Of a DNA stretch of 64,000 bases, positions 20,107 through 29,474 are shown in pieces. The notes below the pieces were generated by a model, which did no database searches, was not told the origin of the DNA, and worked only from the letters and a program-made list of their open reading frames with translations. Positions within the stretch are counted from its first letter, which is position 1, and every line of letters begins with the position of its first letter. A program made the translations under genes and the position numbers. This DNA comes from Calditrichia bacterium (GTDB lineage Bacteria > Calditrichota > Calditrichia > JAJRVZ01), in assembly GCA_963796965.1 (NCBI GenBank), contig CAWCNS010000005.1, positions 1,152,001 through 1,216,000 on the forward strand. The letters are read 5' to 3'.

Positions 20107-22161
20107 ATGTCTGTTTTTACTACCGCCTGCCCTAGAAATTGTTACAGCACCTGCAGCATGCAGGTTTCTGTTCACAACGGCCGCTTGAAAATGATCGAGC
20201 CACATCCTGAGAATCTTGCAACGCCGGAAGGTGTTTGTCTGAAGGGATTGAGTTATGTTGAACGTGTCTATTCTCCCGATCGTATCCTTCACCCTCTCCT
20301 AAAAAAAAGATCAGACGATTTTGAACAGATTTCCTGGAAATCTGCCTTGGACATTTTAACCACAAAACTTAAGCATTTTAAAGAGTCTTTCGGGCCACAA
20401 AGCATCTTGTTTTATAGCGGAAGTGGTACTAAAGGTCTTTTAAATTCAGTTAGCTTGAATTTTTGGCATTTATTTGGTGGCTGCACCACAACCTATGGTG
20501 ATCTTTGCTGGCCGGCTGGTCTGGAAGCAACACGTTTGACCCTCGGAGAGAATAAACATAGTGACCCTTGGGATATTGCCCATGCAAAATTGATTATAAT
20601 GTGGGGTAAAAATCCTGCAGAAACCAATATTCATCAGATGTTGTACATTGAAAAAGCCCTCCAGAAAGGGGCCAAACTAGTGGTTATTGATCCTAGACGA
20701 ACCGAATCATCACGAATGGCCCACTTGCATATCCAACCCCGTCCAGGAACTGATGGCGCCCTGGCCCTCGCCCTGGCCAATTGGTTGGTTGGTCAGAATA
20801 TGATCGATCATGATTTCATTCAAAAGAATGTTCACGGATTCGCAGAATTCAAATCTACAGCTAAATCCATGACCATTGAAAAGGCCGCAGCAATAACTGA
20901 TTTACCGGAAGAAATAATTTTAAACCTGGCTCGTTTAATAGCAGAAAACCAGCCTCTTACAATTAATGCCGGTTTTGGTATGCAGCGTTATACCAATAGT
21001 GGACAAACAATCAGGTCAATCATTGCCTTATTGGCCTTAACCGGAAATATTGGAAAGCCTGGTGCGGGTTGGATTTATGCCAATCTTCAGAGTGCCATAT
21101 TTGATACGCTAAAAGATCCCCTGGCATTTTATCCACCCAAAAATCCAGATGGGAAAACACGCGTATCAATCTCAACCGCTCTACTGGGTGAAGAAATTTT
21201 ATCTACAGACAATCCACCAATCAAAATGATATGGGTGGAAAGAGGAAATCCTGTTACCCAGAATCCCGACACAAACAAAGTTCTTGAAGCCTTTAGAGCA
21301 CTCGATTTTCGTGTGGTCATTGATCAATTTATGACAGACACCGCCCGGGAAGCAGATTTAATCCTCCCTTCTAAAACCATGTTTGAGCAATCGGATGTTA
21401 TTGGCGCCTATTGGCATCCCTATATACAATTAAAACAAAAAATTATTGATCCTCCCGGTGAGGTCAAACCAGAATCGGAGATTTATTTTCTTCTTGCACA
21501 AGAATTAGGCATGGGCAGAGAGGATATAAAAGGGAAGATCCCAGATCCTTCAGATAAGGCTATTGAAGCATTTCTGGAAGAGAAATTAAATCCCTTTCCC
21601 GATTTGACATTAAAACGGTTAAAAGATGGACCTGTAATCGCACCCGGTAATCAGGGCGTAGCTTTCTCCGATCTGTTATTTGCAACACCAAGCGGCAAGA
21701 TTGAGATTTCGTCCTCGGAAGCAAACAGACGCTGGGACGTAACCCTCACCGCGGAATACTCAGAACCTGAAGAGACAGTTCATCAAAAAAACAAGGCAGA
21801 TATCCCCTATCCCCTCTACTTCATGACTCCGAACACAAAAAATCGTATACACTCACAATTTAACAATCTTAACCTGATTAAACAGTTTAGCCCTAAACCT
21901 CTATTGTATATGCATCCACAGGATGCTCATCAAAGAAATATTACAAAAAATGATAAGATCCGCATATTCAATAATCGCGGAGAGTTGTTTGCCAATATTT
22001 CTATTGATTTTGGATTAAAACCGGGATGTGTTGCCATGACAAATGGATGGTGGATTAGTGATGGGGGAACTGTAAATTTTCTTTCAAAGGGTAGAGAAAC
22101 AGACATGGGACATGGTGCCGCCTTTCATGAAAATTTGGTTGAAGTAGAACGGGTAGATTAA
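20107..22161 (+). CDS. Molybdopterin (bis-MGD) oxidoreductase catalytic subunit, no Tat signal
   Basis: TACPRNCYSTC..GVCLKG [4Fe-4S] motif, WGKNPAET, PGTDGALA, TDTAREADLILP, RIHSQF. Confidence 0.92.
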   Translation: MSVFTTACPRNCYSTCSMQVSVHNGRLKMIEPHPENLATPEGVCLKGLSYVERVYSPDRILHPLLKKRSDDFEQISWKSALDILTTKLKHFKESFGPQSILFYSGSGTKGLLNSVSLNFWHLFGGCTTTYGDLCWPAGLEATRLTLGENKHSDPWDIAHAKLIIMWGKNPAETNIHQMLYIEKALQKGAKLVVIDPRRTESSRMAHLHIQPRPGTDGALALALANWLVGQNMIDHDFIQKNVHGFAEFKSTAKSMTIEKAAAITDLPEEIILNLARLIAENQPLTINAGFGMQRYTNSGQTIRSIIALLALTGNIGKPGAGWIYANLQSAIFDTLKDPLAFYPPKNPDGKTRVSISTALLGEEILSTDNPPIKMIWVERGNPVTQNPDTNKVLEAFRALDFRVVIDQFMTDTAREADLILPSKTMFEQSDVIGAYWHPYIQLKQKIIDPPGEVKPESEIYFLLAQELGMGREDIKGKIPDPSDKAIEAFLEEKLNPFPDLTLKRLKDGPVIAPGNQGVAFSDLLFATPSGKIEISSSEANRRWDVTLTAEYSEPEETVHQKNKADIPYPLYFMTPNTKNRIHSQFNNLNLIKQFSPKPLLYMHPQDAHQRNITKNDKIRIFNNRGELFANISIDFGLKPGCVAMTNGWWISDGGTVNFLSKGRETDMGHGAAFHENLVEVERVD

Positions 22162-23522
22162 TGCAAAAAGGCTTTCTATTTGACCTAAATAAATGTACAG
22201 GCTGCGGGGCCTGTCAGATCGCCTGCTCATTAGAGAATGAAGTTCCACTACCGCAAAAGTGGCGACAGGTAGAAACATTTAATTCAATTCAGTGGCCAGA
22301 TTTACCATTTCATCACCTCTCCATATCTTGTAATCATTGTGTCGAAGCGCCCTGTATGAAATATTGCCCAGCATTGGCTATTTCTAAAAACGAAATGACA
22401 GGGGCGGTATTGATCGATGACAAAAAGTGCATTGGCTGTGGATATTGCTCCTGGGTATGCCCATACGATGCGCCAGAGTATAATCAATCGACCGGGATAA
22501 TGAAAAAATGTACATTTTGCCAACATCGGTTAGAGGAGAATCTCTCTCCCGCCTGCGTTACACTTTGCCCTACCACGGCCCTACAAATTGAAAATTTTGA
22601 ATATGAAGATCAGGCACTAAAGGTGAACGGTTTCACTTCCACAGATATCAAACCAGCCCTTAGATTGATCGAACTAAAGCAGAGAGGACCGCTGCAAGAT
22701 CAATCCGATTTACCCTTTGAAAAAGAAATTATTGAATTGTATCGAACCAATAACACTTCCAGACGAGAAAAATCAAAGATAAGTCTTTTAGGCGAATGGC
22801 CTCTGATAGTTTTTACTCTGCTGGCGCCCTTAATAGCTGGATTATTTACGGCAGGTCTATTATCTGTTAATTCAAATTATGATTTTTCGGTCATAATTCT
22901 TGGATTTGCCGGGATTATGATAAGCGGCACCCATCTGGGCAAACAATTTCGCGCTATAAGAGCCATATTAAACTGGCGCCAATCCTGGTTAAGCCGGGAA
23001 GTGATCACCTATGCTTTATTTTTATTGATGTTGATGATCCATTTCCTCGTTTTTCCGAATTCTAATTTACCCGGCTGGTTGGGAGTAGGATTTATTTATT
23101 TATCCCTCTATTCAATGGATCAGGTATACACCCTATTACCAATTCGGAAACCTAAAAAATATCATAGCGCCCAGGCCTTTCTTAATGGGATGTTCTGGGC
23201 ATGTTTTTTCACGTCATATATGCCAGGTATTGTTCTTTTTGGTATAGTCAAATTATATCTTTATATAAAGAGAAAATTTAATAACACTAACAGTCTGAAA
23301 TTCTATATACTATCATTGACGAGAGTTTTCATTGGATTCATTGCACCAGCCACATTTTGGATTTTATCAGGTCCGATGAATTTACATTTAATTCTGCCAT
23401 TTCTGCTCATTGGTGAAATTATCGATCGCTGTGAATTTTATACCGAAATGGAGATCATAACACCCGCCATACAGATGAGGATAGACCTGGATCGGTCGAT
23501 GAGTGAGTCACGTAGAGAGTAG
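22161..23522 (+). CDS. Fused DmsB-like 4Fe-4S subunit and DmsC-like membrane anchor
   Basis: CTGCGACQIAC, CNHCVEAPC, CIGCGYCSWVCPY and KCTFC motifs, then EWPLIVFT, HLGK..RA, SWLSRE and multiple TM helices. Confidence 0.9.
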   Translation: MQKGFLFDLNKCTGCGACQIACSLENEVPLPQKWRQVETFNSIQWPDLPFHHLSISCNHCVEAPCMKYCPALAISKNEMTGAVLIDDKKCIGCGYCSWVCPYDAPEYNQSTGIMKKCTFCQHRLEENLSPACVTLCPTTALQIENFEYEDQALKVNGFTSTDIKPALRLIELKQRGPLQDQSDLPFEKEIIELYRTNNTSRREKSKISLLGEWPLIVFTLLAPLIAGLFTAGLLSVNSNYDFSVIILGFAGIMISGTHLGKQFRAIRAILNWRQSWLSREVITYALFLLMLMIHFLVFPNSNLPGWLGVGFIYLSLYSMDQVYTLLPIRKPKKYHSAQAFLNGMFWACFFTSYMPGIVLFGIVKLYLYIKRKFNNTNSLKFYILSLTRVFIGFIAPATFWILSGPMNLHLILPFLLIGEIIDRCEFYTEMEIITPAIQMRIDLDRSMSESRRE

Positions 23523-24030
23523 AGCGTAGAGCGAGGAGCGAAGAATGACAAAAGAAAAGAGAGGAGAGAGGAGAAATGTAGGGGCGATTCGTTGAATCGC
23601 CTATTGATCACAAACCACGATAATTGTGGGTGCCGATTCATTTAAATATTCAATAATCAACACGGAATAATCAATGTTCAGGTAGGGGCAGACCCATGCT
23701 GAAACGAAGTGAAAGTGCGCCCTCTGGCGTATGTCTGCCCTGGGTGTTGCGGCACATTGGAATACACCGATGATAAAATGTTAGGATGCGGTCACAGTGC
23801 CCAAATAAATATTCAATAGTCAACACGGAATATCAACCGCCAGGTCGAAGATGCGCCGACTGGCGTGTTGATCCGCTTACTGGCGTGATTCAATTTTCAA
23901 TTAATTCTAAATAATATAAAATTGAGAATAGACCATATAATTCGTGAAATTCGTATAAATTAGTGAAATTCGTGGTCCTCAAATTACAAATTACGAATTA
24001 CTAATTACTAATAACCAATTAACCAATATC
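23513..24030. repeat. Composite intergenic repeat region: heptamer array, two GTAG-type REP-like hairpins, a ~40-bp direct repeat, nonamer and heptamer arrays
   Basis: TAGAGAG TAGAGCG TAGAGCG AGGAGCG; GTAGGGGCGATTCgttGAATCGCC (23578); GTAGGGGCAGACCC..TGTCTGCCCT (23682-23741); aaatattcaata.tcaacacggaat twice; ATTCGTGAA-like units; AAATTAC units. Confidence 0.8.
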
Positions 24031-24034
24031 ATCC

Positions 24035-24919
24035 ATGCTCAGAATTTACCTGATCCTCTTCACCGGTGTGGTAATCGTCTCCAGCAGTTCGGTCATCATC
24101 CGCTGGACCGGGGATGTACCTCCAACAGTAATCGCTTTCTACAGAGTATTTATAAGTTTTTGTTTATTATCTATTTATAGATTGTCTATTAAAAGAGATG
24201 TTCATGTTTTAATACGTAATTGGCATTGGCATTATCTCCTGGCGGGTTTATTTCTTGCTGCTCATTTTATTTGTTGGATAGGATCTTTACAGTTGACAAC
24301 CATCGCTAATGCCATCTTTTTAGAGAGTATTCATCCGCTGTTTGGAATGATCGTATCTATCATATTTCTAAAAGAATATCCCCAGAGAAATATTTTCGTA
24401 ATTGCCCTATTGGCACTCTTTGGTATGGCAGTTATTATGTATAATGATATCGGACATATTGGGACACATTTAACGGGGGATATTTTAGCGCTTTTTTCGG
24501 CCTTATTCTTTTCATTATATATTTTGATTGCACGACTCCACCGGGAAGAAGAAGATTTTATTAAATATTTAATTTATGTCTATGGAACCGCTGCAGTGGC
24601 CTGTGCCGGATATATTATCCTATCCACAGATTCTTTTAGCGGGTATTCGAATAACAGCTGGCTATTTATGGTTATTCTGGCCCTGGGGCCCAATCTTTTG
24701 GGGCATTCTATTTTAAACTGGAGTTCGAGACACCTTAAAATTTTTAAAGTAAATCTGGTTATTCTGTTTGAACCCATTTTAGCTACTTTAAGCGGAATAA
24801 TCTTTCTGGCGGAATATCCACCAGCAAACTTCTATCCGGGTGCAATTATGATTCTTGCTGCTCTGGCATTTTTAATCTGGAATGAGCAACGGATTATTGG
24901 GAGAGAGAAGAGAGAGTAG
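24035..24919 (+). CDS. EamA/DMT family transporter
   Basis: About ten TM helices, GDILAL and EPILAT motifs. Confidence 0.88.
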   Translation: MLRIYLILFTGVVIVSSSSVIIRWTGDVPPTVIAFYRVFISFCLLSIYRLSIKRDVHVLIRNWHWHYLLAGLFLAAHFICWIGSLQLTTIANAIFLESIHPLFGMIVSIIFLKEYPQRNIFVIALLALFGMAVIMYNDIGHIGTHLTGDILALFSALFFSLYILIARLHREEEDFIKYLIYVYGTAAVACAGYIILSTDSFSGYSNNSWLFMVILALGPNLLGHSILNWSSRHLKIFKVNLVILFEPILATLSGIIFLAEYPPANFYPGAIMILAALAFLIWNEQRIIGREKRE

Positions 24920-25089
24920 ATTGCCACCATCCCAGTGGATATTTAAAACCTTATTCATGTCAGGATGAAGTCAAAAGAAAACCCCTATTTGGCTGAATAT
25001 TCATTTGCTAATTTTAAAAATAGTTATACATTTATATCTGTATCCCTAATATGAAAATAATTTTGTTGATAGGATCAAATATCTTGAGA

Positions 25090-25845
25090 TCAGAAAATCT
25101 CTGCATAAGCGATGCGGATTTCACGTGACATGCCGTCGGTATATTTTCGGTTTTTAAGAATGTCCTTTAATACAAAAGTGATTTCTAATTTTCCTGCAAA
25201 TATCCATTTTAACGCTGCATTTAGATAGCCTTTACCCTCACCTACTGAGTTTGGGCCATCATCATTAAACGCAAAATCATATTCGGCTGAGAGGGTTAAT
25301 TCTGGATTCAAACTTTTTTCAATCCCGGCAAATAGATTAAAATCTTTATCGCCATCATCCTGTTCAAAACTATAATTTATGCCTCCGCTAACGGCAAGGG
25401 TTCCCAAAAATATAAAACTTTTGGTACCTGCTGCATATATTCCCATCGATTTTGTCATATAACGATCTGTACTATCAATATAAGATCCAAATCCCTGGGA
25501 TGTATAACCGACTAAAATGGCAGGCATAATATAATCTTCCTCCCAAATCCTGTAACGCAGTGCTGCTCCGGGCAGTTTATTCCACTCAATCTTCCCTGTA
25601 CCGACAATATTCGTACCGCCATAGGATATTCCAAACATAAAACGATCCGTAATCCCGGCACCGATGCCAGCAAGGAGGCCACCATCAGGATAGACATCAA
25701 TTCCCGATCTAAAACTACCCCGCATCAATGTGCCCGCTGTCGGTGTATCCACAATTCTCAAAGGTTCCAGCAGACTTAAATCCTGAGAAAAAAGAAGTGA
25801 GGGGATGAAAGAGACAAGAAATATCCAACGCATAAAGACCTTCAA
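25090..25845 (-). CDS. Outer-membrane beta-barrel protein (YjbH-like)
   Basis: Signal peptide, VDTPTAGTL motif, amphipathic strands, C-terminal Phe. Confidence 0.65.
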   Translation of the reverse strand: MKVFMRWIFLVSFIPSLLFSQDLSLLEPLRIVDTPTAGTLMRGSFRSGIDVYPDGGLLAGIGAGITDRFMFGISYGGTNIVGTGKIEWNKLPGAALRYRIWEEDYIMPAILVGYTSQGFGSYIDSTDRYMTKSMGIYAAGTKSFIFLGTLAVSGGINYSFEQDDGDKDFNLFAGIEKSLNPELTLSAEYDFAFNDDGPNSVGEGKGYLNAALKWIFAGKLEITFVLKDILKNRKYTDGMSREIRIAYAEIF

Positions 25846-26185
25846 GTTTATGTTTTATTTAAATTTACCGGCCACCTGGCATAATGTCAAGAATAAAAAT
25901 CCGCTAAGTAATCTGAGTTGTCTTCCGATTATAAGTTATAAATGTTTTTGGAATGAAAGGACCACATTCTTCGTTGCACAAGTTAAACTTGAATTGGGAA
26001 GTCTGGGTGAGTAAATTTTTCTGACGGCTCAATGCAGCGTCTGAACAAAATTATGAGTTAGGACGTATAATAGATTTAGATGAGAAATAAATTTAAAGAT
26101 ACAGAACTGATCACCATAATTACAATTGAAATAGAATGGGGTCAGAGAGCGAACCATCAACTTTTTCAGAATAGGATAGATTAAT

Positions 26186-28655
26186 ATGAGAAATAATTTT
26201 ACAAGTCGTGTTCAAAAGGTTATTCGCTATTCCAAAGAGGAAGCGATGCGCTTAGGACATGACTATATAGGTACCGAACATCTGCTTCTTGGCGTTCTGA
26301 AAGAAGGTGAAGGAATTGCGTATTAAAATATTGCAAAATATGAACTGTGATCTGGTCAAATTAAAAAAGACAATTGAGGATTCCACTGCTCCTTCTGGTG
26401 GAACCATGACAATTGGTAATTTGCCTCTTTCCAAGCGTGCTGAAAAAGCATTAAAAATGACATATATTGAAGCAAAAAATTTTAAAAATGATGTCATCGG
26501 CACTGAACATTTGCTTCTTTCTATTTTGAAAGAAAAAGATAGCCTGGCAGCACAGATTCTATTAACCTTTAATGTTGATTATACAACCTGTTATTCTGAA
26601 TTGGAAAATATTTTATCTGGTAAACCCACAATACCAAAACCAAAGCAACAACAAGCAAAAAAAACCAAGACACCAGCACTGGATCATTTCGGACGTGATC
26701 TCACTTCATTAGCTTCTGAAGGAAAATTGGATCCAATCATTGGACGGGATGACGAGATTCAGCGTGTCGCACAGGTTCTGAGTCGGCGTAAGAAAAATAA
26801 TCCCGTATTGATTGGTGAGCCGGGTGTTGGTAAAACTGCCATTGCCGAGGGCTTAGCGTTACGAATCGTTCAAAAAAAGGTTTCCCGCGTTTTACATAAT
26901 AAACGTGTTGTTGCCCTGGATATGGGTTCCATCGTTGCCGGAACAAAATATCGAGGTCAGTTTGAAGAACGAATGAAAGCAATTATGACAGAACTTGAAA
27001 AAGCTGAGGAGATTATTCTTTTTATCGATGAGTTACATACAATCGTTGGTGCCGGAGGTGCTTCTGGTTCATTAGATGCATCGAATATGTTTAAACCTGC
27101 CCTGGCACGCGGCGAATTGCAATGTATCGGCGCGACAACCCTGGATGAGTATCGCATGCATATCGAAAAAGATGGCGCTTTGGAAAGACGTTTTCAGAAA
27201 GTGATGGTTGAACCGACATCAATTGATCAGACGTTAGAAATATTTCGTTCAGTCAGCCATAAATATGAAGAACATCACCATGTGGTTTTTCCCGATGAAA
27301 CTTTAGTGGCAGCCGTACAGTTAAGTGAACGGTATATTACCGATAAAAATTTTCCTGATAAAGCGATTGATGTAATGGATGAAACAGGATCACGCGTTCA
27401 CATTGCCAATATTATCGTCCCGCAGGAAATTCTTGATCTTGAAGGTGAAATAGAACAGATAAAAGTTGAAAAAGAATCTTTGGCAAAACTGCAGGATTTC
27501 GAAAAAGCTGCGAAATTACGAGATATGGAACGCAACCTGACGGAAAAACTCGATATTGCCCGAGAAAAATGGGAAGCAGAGGAAGAAGCGCGAACGGCAG
27601 TTGTAAAGGTGGATGATATTGCCGAGGTAGTTGCAATGATGACCGGAATTCCTACCAGACGTATCGCAGAAACAGAATCTAAGAAACTTCTTAAGATGGA
27701 TAGTATTTTAAAAAAAAGTGTCGTTGGCCAGGATGAAGCAATAAAAGTTATTACCAAGGCTATCAGACGAACACGTGCCGGTTTGAAAGATCCCAACCGT
27801 CCCATTGGCTCATTCATCTTTTTGGGACCGACAGGTGTTGGCAAAACACATCTGGCTAAAAGTCTGGCTGATTATTTATTTGAATCCGATACGGCATTAA
27901 TTCGCATCGATATGAGTGAGTATATGGAGAAGTTTAATGTTTCCCGATTAGTTGGTTCCCCTCCCGGATATGTTGGGTATGAAGAGGGAGGTTTGTTAAC
28001 AGAAAAAGTAAGAAGAAGACCCTACGCAGTCATTTTGCTAGATGAAATTGAAAAAGCACATCCTGATGTCTTTAATATTTTGCTTCAGGTTTTGGATGAA
28101 GGGCATTTGACAGATAGTCTTGGACGGAGGGTTGATTTCAAAAATACAATCCTGATTATGACCTCCAATGTTGGTACCCGGGAGATCAAAAAGAACCTAA
28201 ACTATGGATTTACCTCTGACGACCATAGTGGTGATCATGAAAAAATTAAAGGTCGTATTGGAGACGAATTAAAAAAATTGTTTAACCCGGAGTTTTTGAA
28301 TAGGATCGATGATGTGGTCTTTTTCCATCAGTTGGAGTTTGAAGATACATTAAAAATTGTTGATATCGTTCTGGAAGAGATGTCACAGAAGGTGTCCGAC
28401 CGTAATATAAAATTTGTTCTGACTGCCGGAGCAAAAAAATATATTGCAGAGAATGGCTTTGATCCGGTAAACGGTGCCCGGCCATTGAAGCGTGCCATAC
28501 AAAAATATATCGAGGATCCTATTTCCGATGAAATATTAAAGGGAAATTTCGGTGACGGCAGCATCATTCAGATAAAAATGGTATCAAAAACTGAATTAGG
28601 TTTTTTTGAGATAGGTAAAAAGGAAGATAAAAAGACGGATGTAAAGATCGATTAA
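26186..28655 (+). CDS. clpC: ATP-dependent Clp protease ATP-binding subunit ClpC; frameshift ~26320
   Basis: [24 protein letters not shown]lp-N repeats, [19 protein letters not shown] linker, GARPLKR. Confidence 0.95.
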
Positions 28656-28692
28656 TACAACTTTGCACCCCTTGTAACTATATTTTTGACTT

Positions 28693-28727
28693 ATACCAGA
28701 GACGTCCCACCGGGACGTCTCTGGTAT
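28693..28727 (+). terminator. 16-bp perfect hairpin after clpC (terminator or REP-like)
   Basis: ATACCAGAGACGTCCC-acc-GGGACGTCTCTGGTAT followed by a short T-rich tail. Confidence 0.65.
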
Positions 28728-28740
28728 TTGGTACTTTATT

Positions 28741-29380
28741 GTGAGACCGAAATCCTTTCATAATAAAATTGTTCTCTCTGCACTATTTGCGATATCTATG
28801 GCCTACCTGGAATCATCAATTGTTGTTTATCTTCGTGAGTTATATTATCCCCAAGGATTTAGTTTTCCACTAAAGGAAATACCCCCTCATATCCTCTTTA
28901 TAGAAATTGGACGGGAAGCAGCGACAATTCTTATGCTTTTCGCTTTTGCAAAAGCTATAGGTCGAAACCGGCAGCAGGTTTTCGCCTATTTTGCCTTAAA
29001 TTTTGGCATCTGGGATATAGGGTATTACCTCTGGTTAAAAGTGTTGATTAACTGGCCTTTATCAATTTTGGATTGGGATGTTCTGTTTCTGATTCCCCTA
29101 CCCTGGTTCGGTCCAGTATTAGCTCCTGTAACTGTCTCAATAGGACTTATTTTAGCGGGATATATTATTCTCCGGAGAGAATATAAAAATAAACCTGTCT
29201 TGTTAAAAAAATCAGACTGGTATTTGGAAGTTATTGCTGGTCTGATAATAATTGGGTCGTTTTTACACTGAATTCCAATCGTTCGGAGCAGATTTCGAAC
29301 CAACATATTACCCTTGGTGGCTATTCTTTTGTGGATTTTTACCCGGAATTGGTCTCTTTATTTACCGGGTGTTTAAATAA
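28741..29380 (+). CDS. Hypothetical membrane protein; frameshift near 29270
   Basis: AYLESSIVVYLR, EIGREAAT, GIWDIGYY, WDVLFLIP; the C-terminus PTYYPWWLF..VFK* lies in another frame. Confidence 0.7.
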
Positions 29381-29474
29381 TTTATAATTTTAAAACAATT
29401 CTGGATGACCATTGTGGCTACATTCCTATTAAAGTGTGAGCTCTGCGATAAGATCAATGAAATCGTTGATCTTT

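Noticed and set aside
23513..24030. CRISPR array
   Set aside because: Only two copies of the ~40-bp unit, irregular spacing, and no cas genes.
26737..28567. Short antisense or alternate-frame ORFs over clpC and other long genes
   Set aside because: Shadow ORFs of well-supported genes with no independent motifs.
29269..29271. UGA read-through in the membrane protein after clpC
   Set aside because: The plausible C-terminus lies in a different frame, there is no Cys-motif context and no SECIS-like hairpin was seen.
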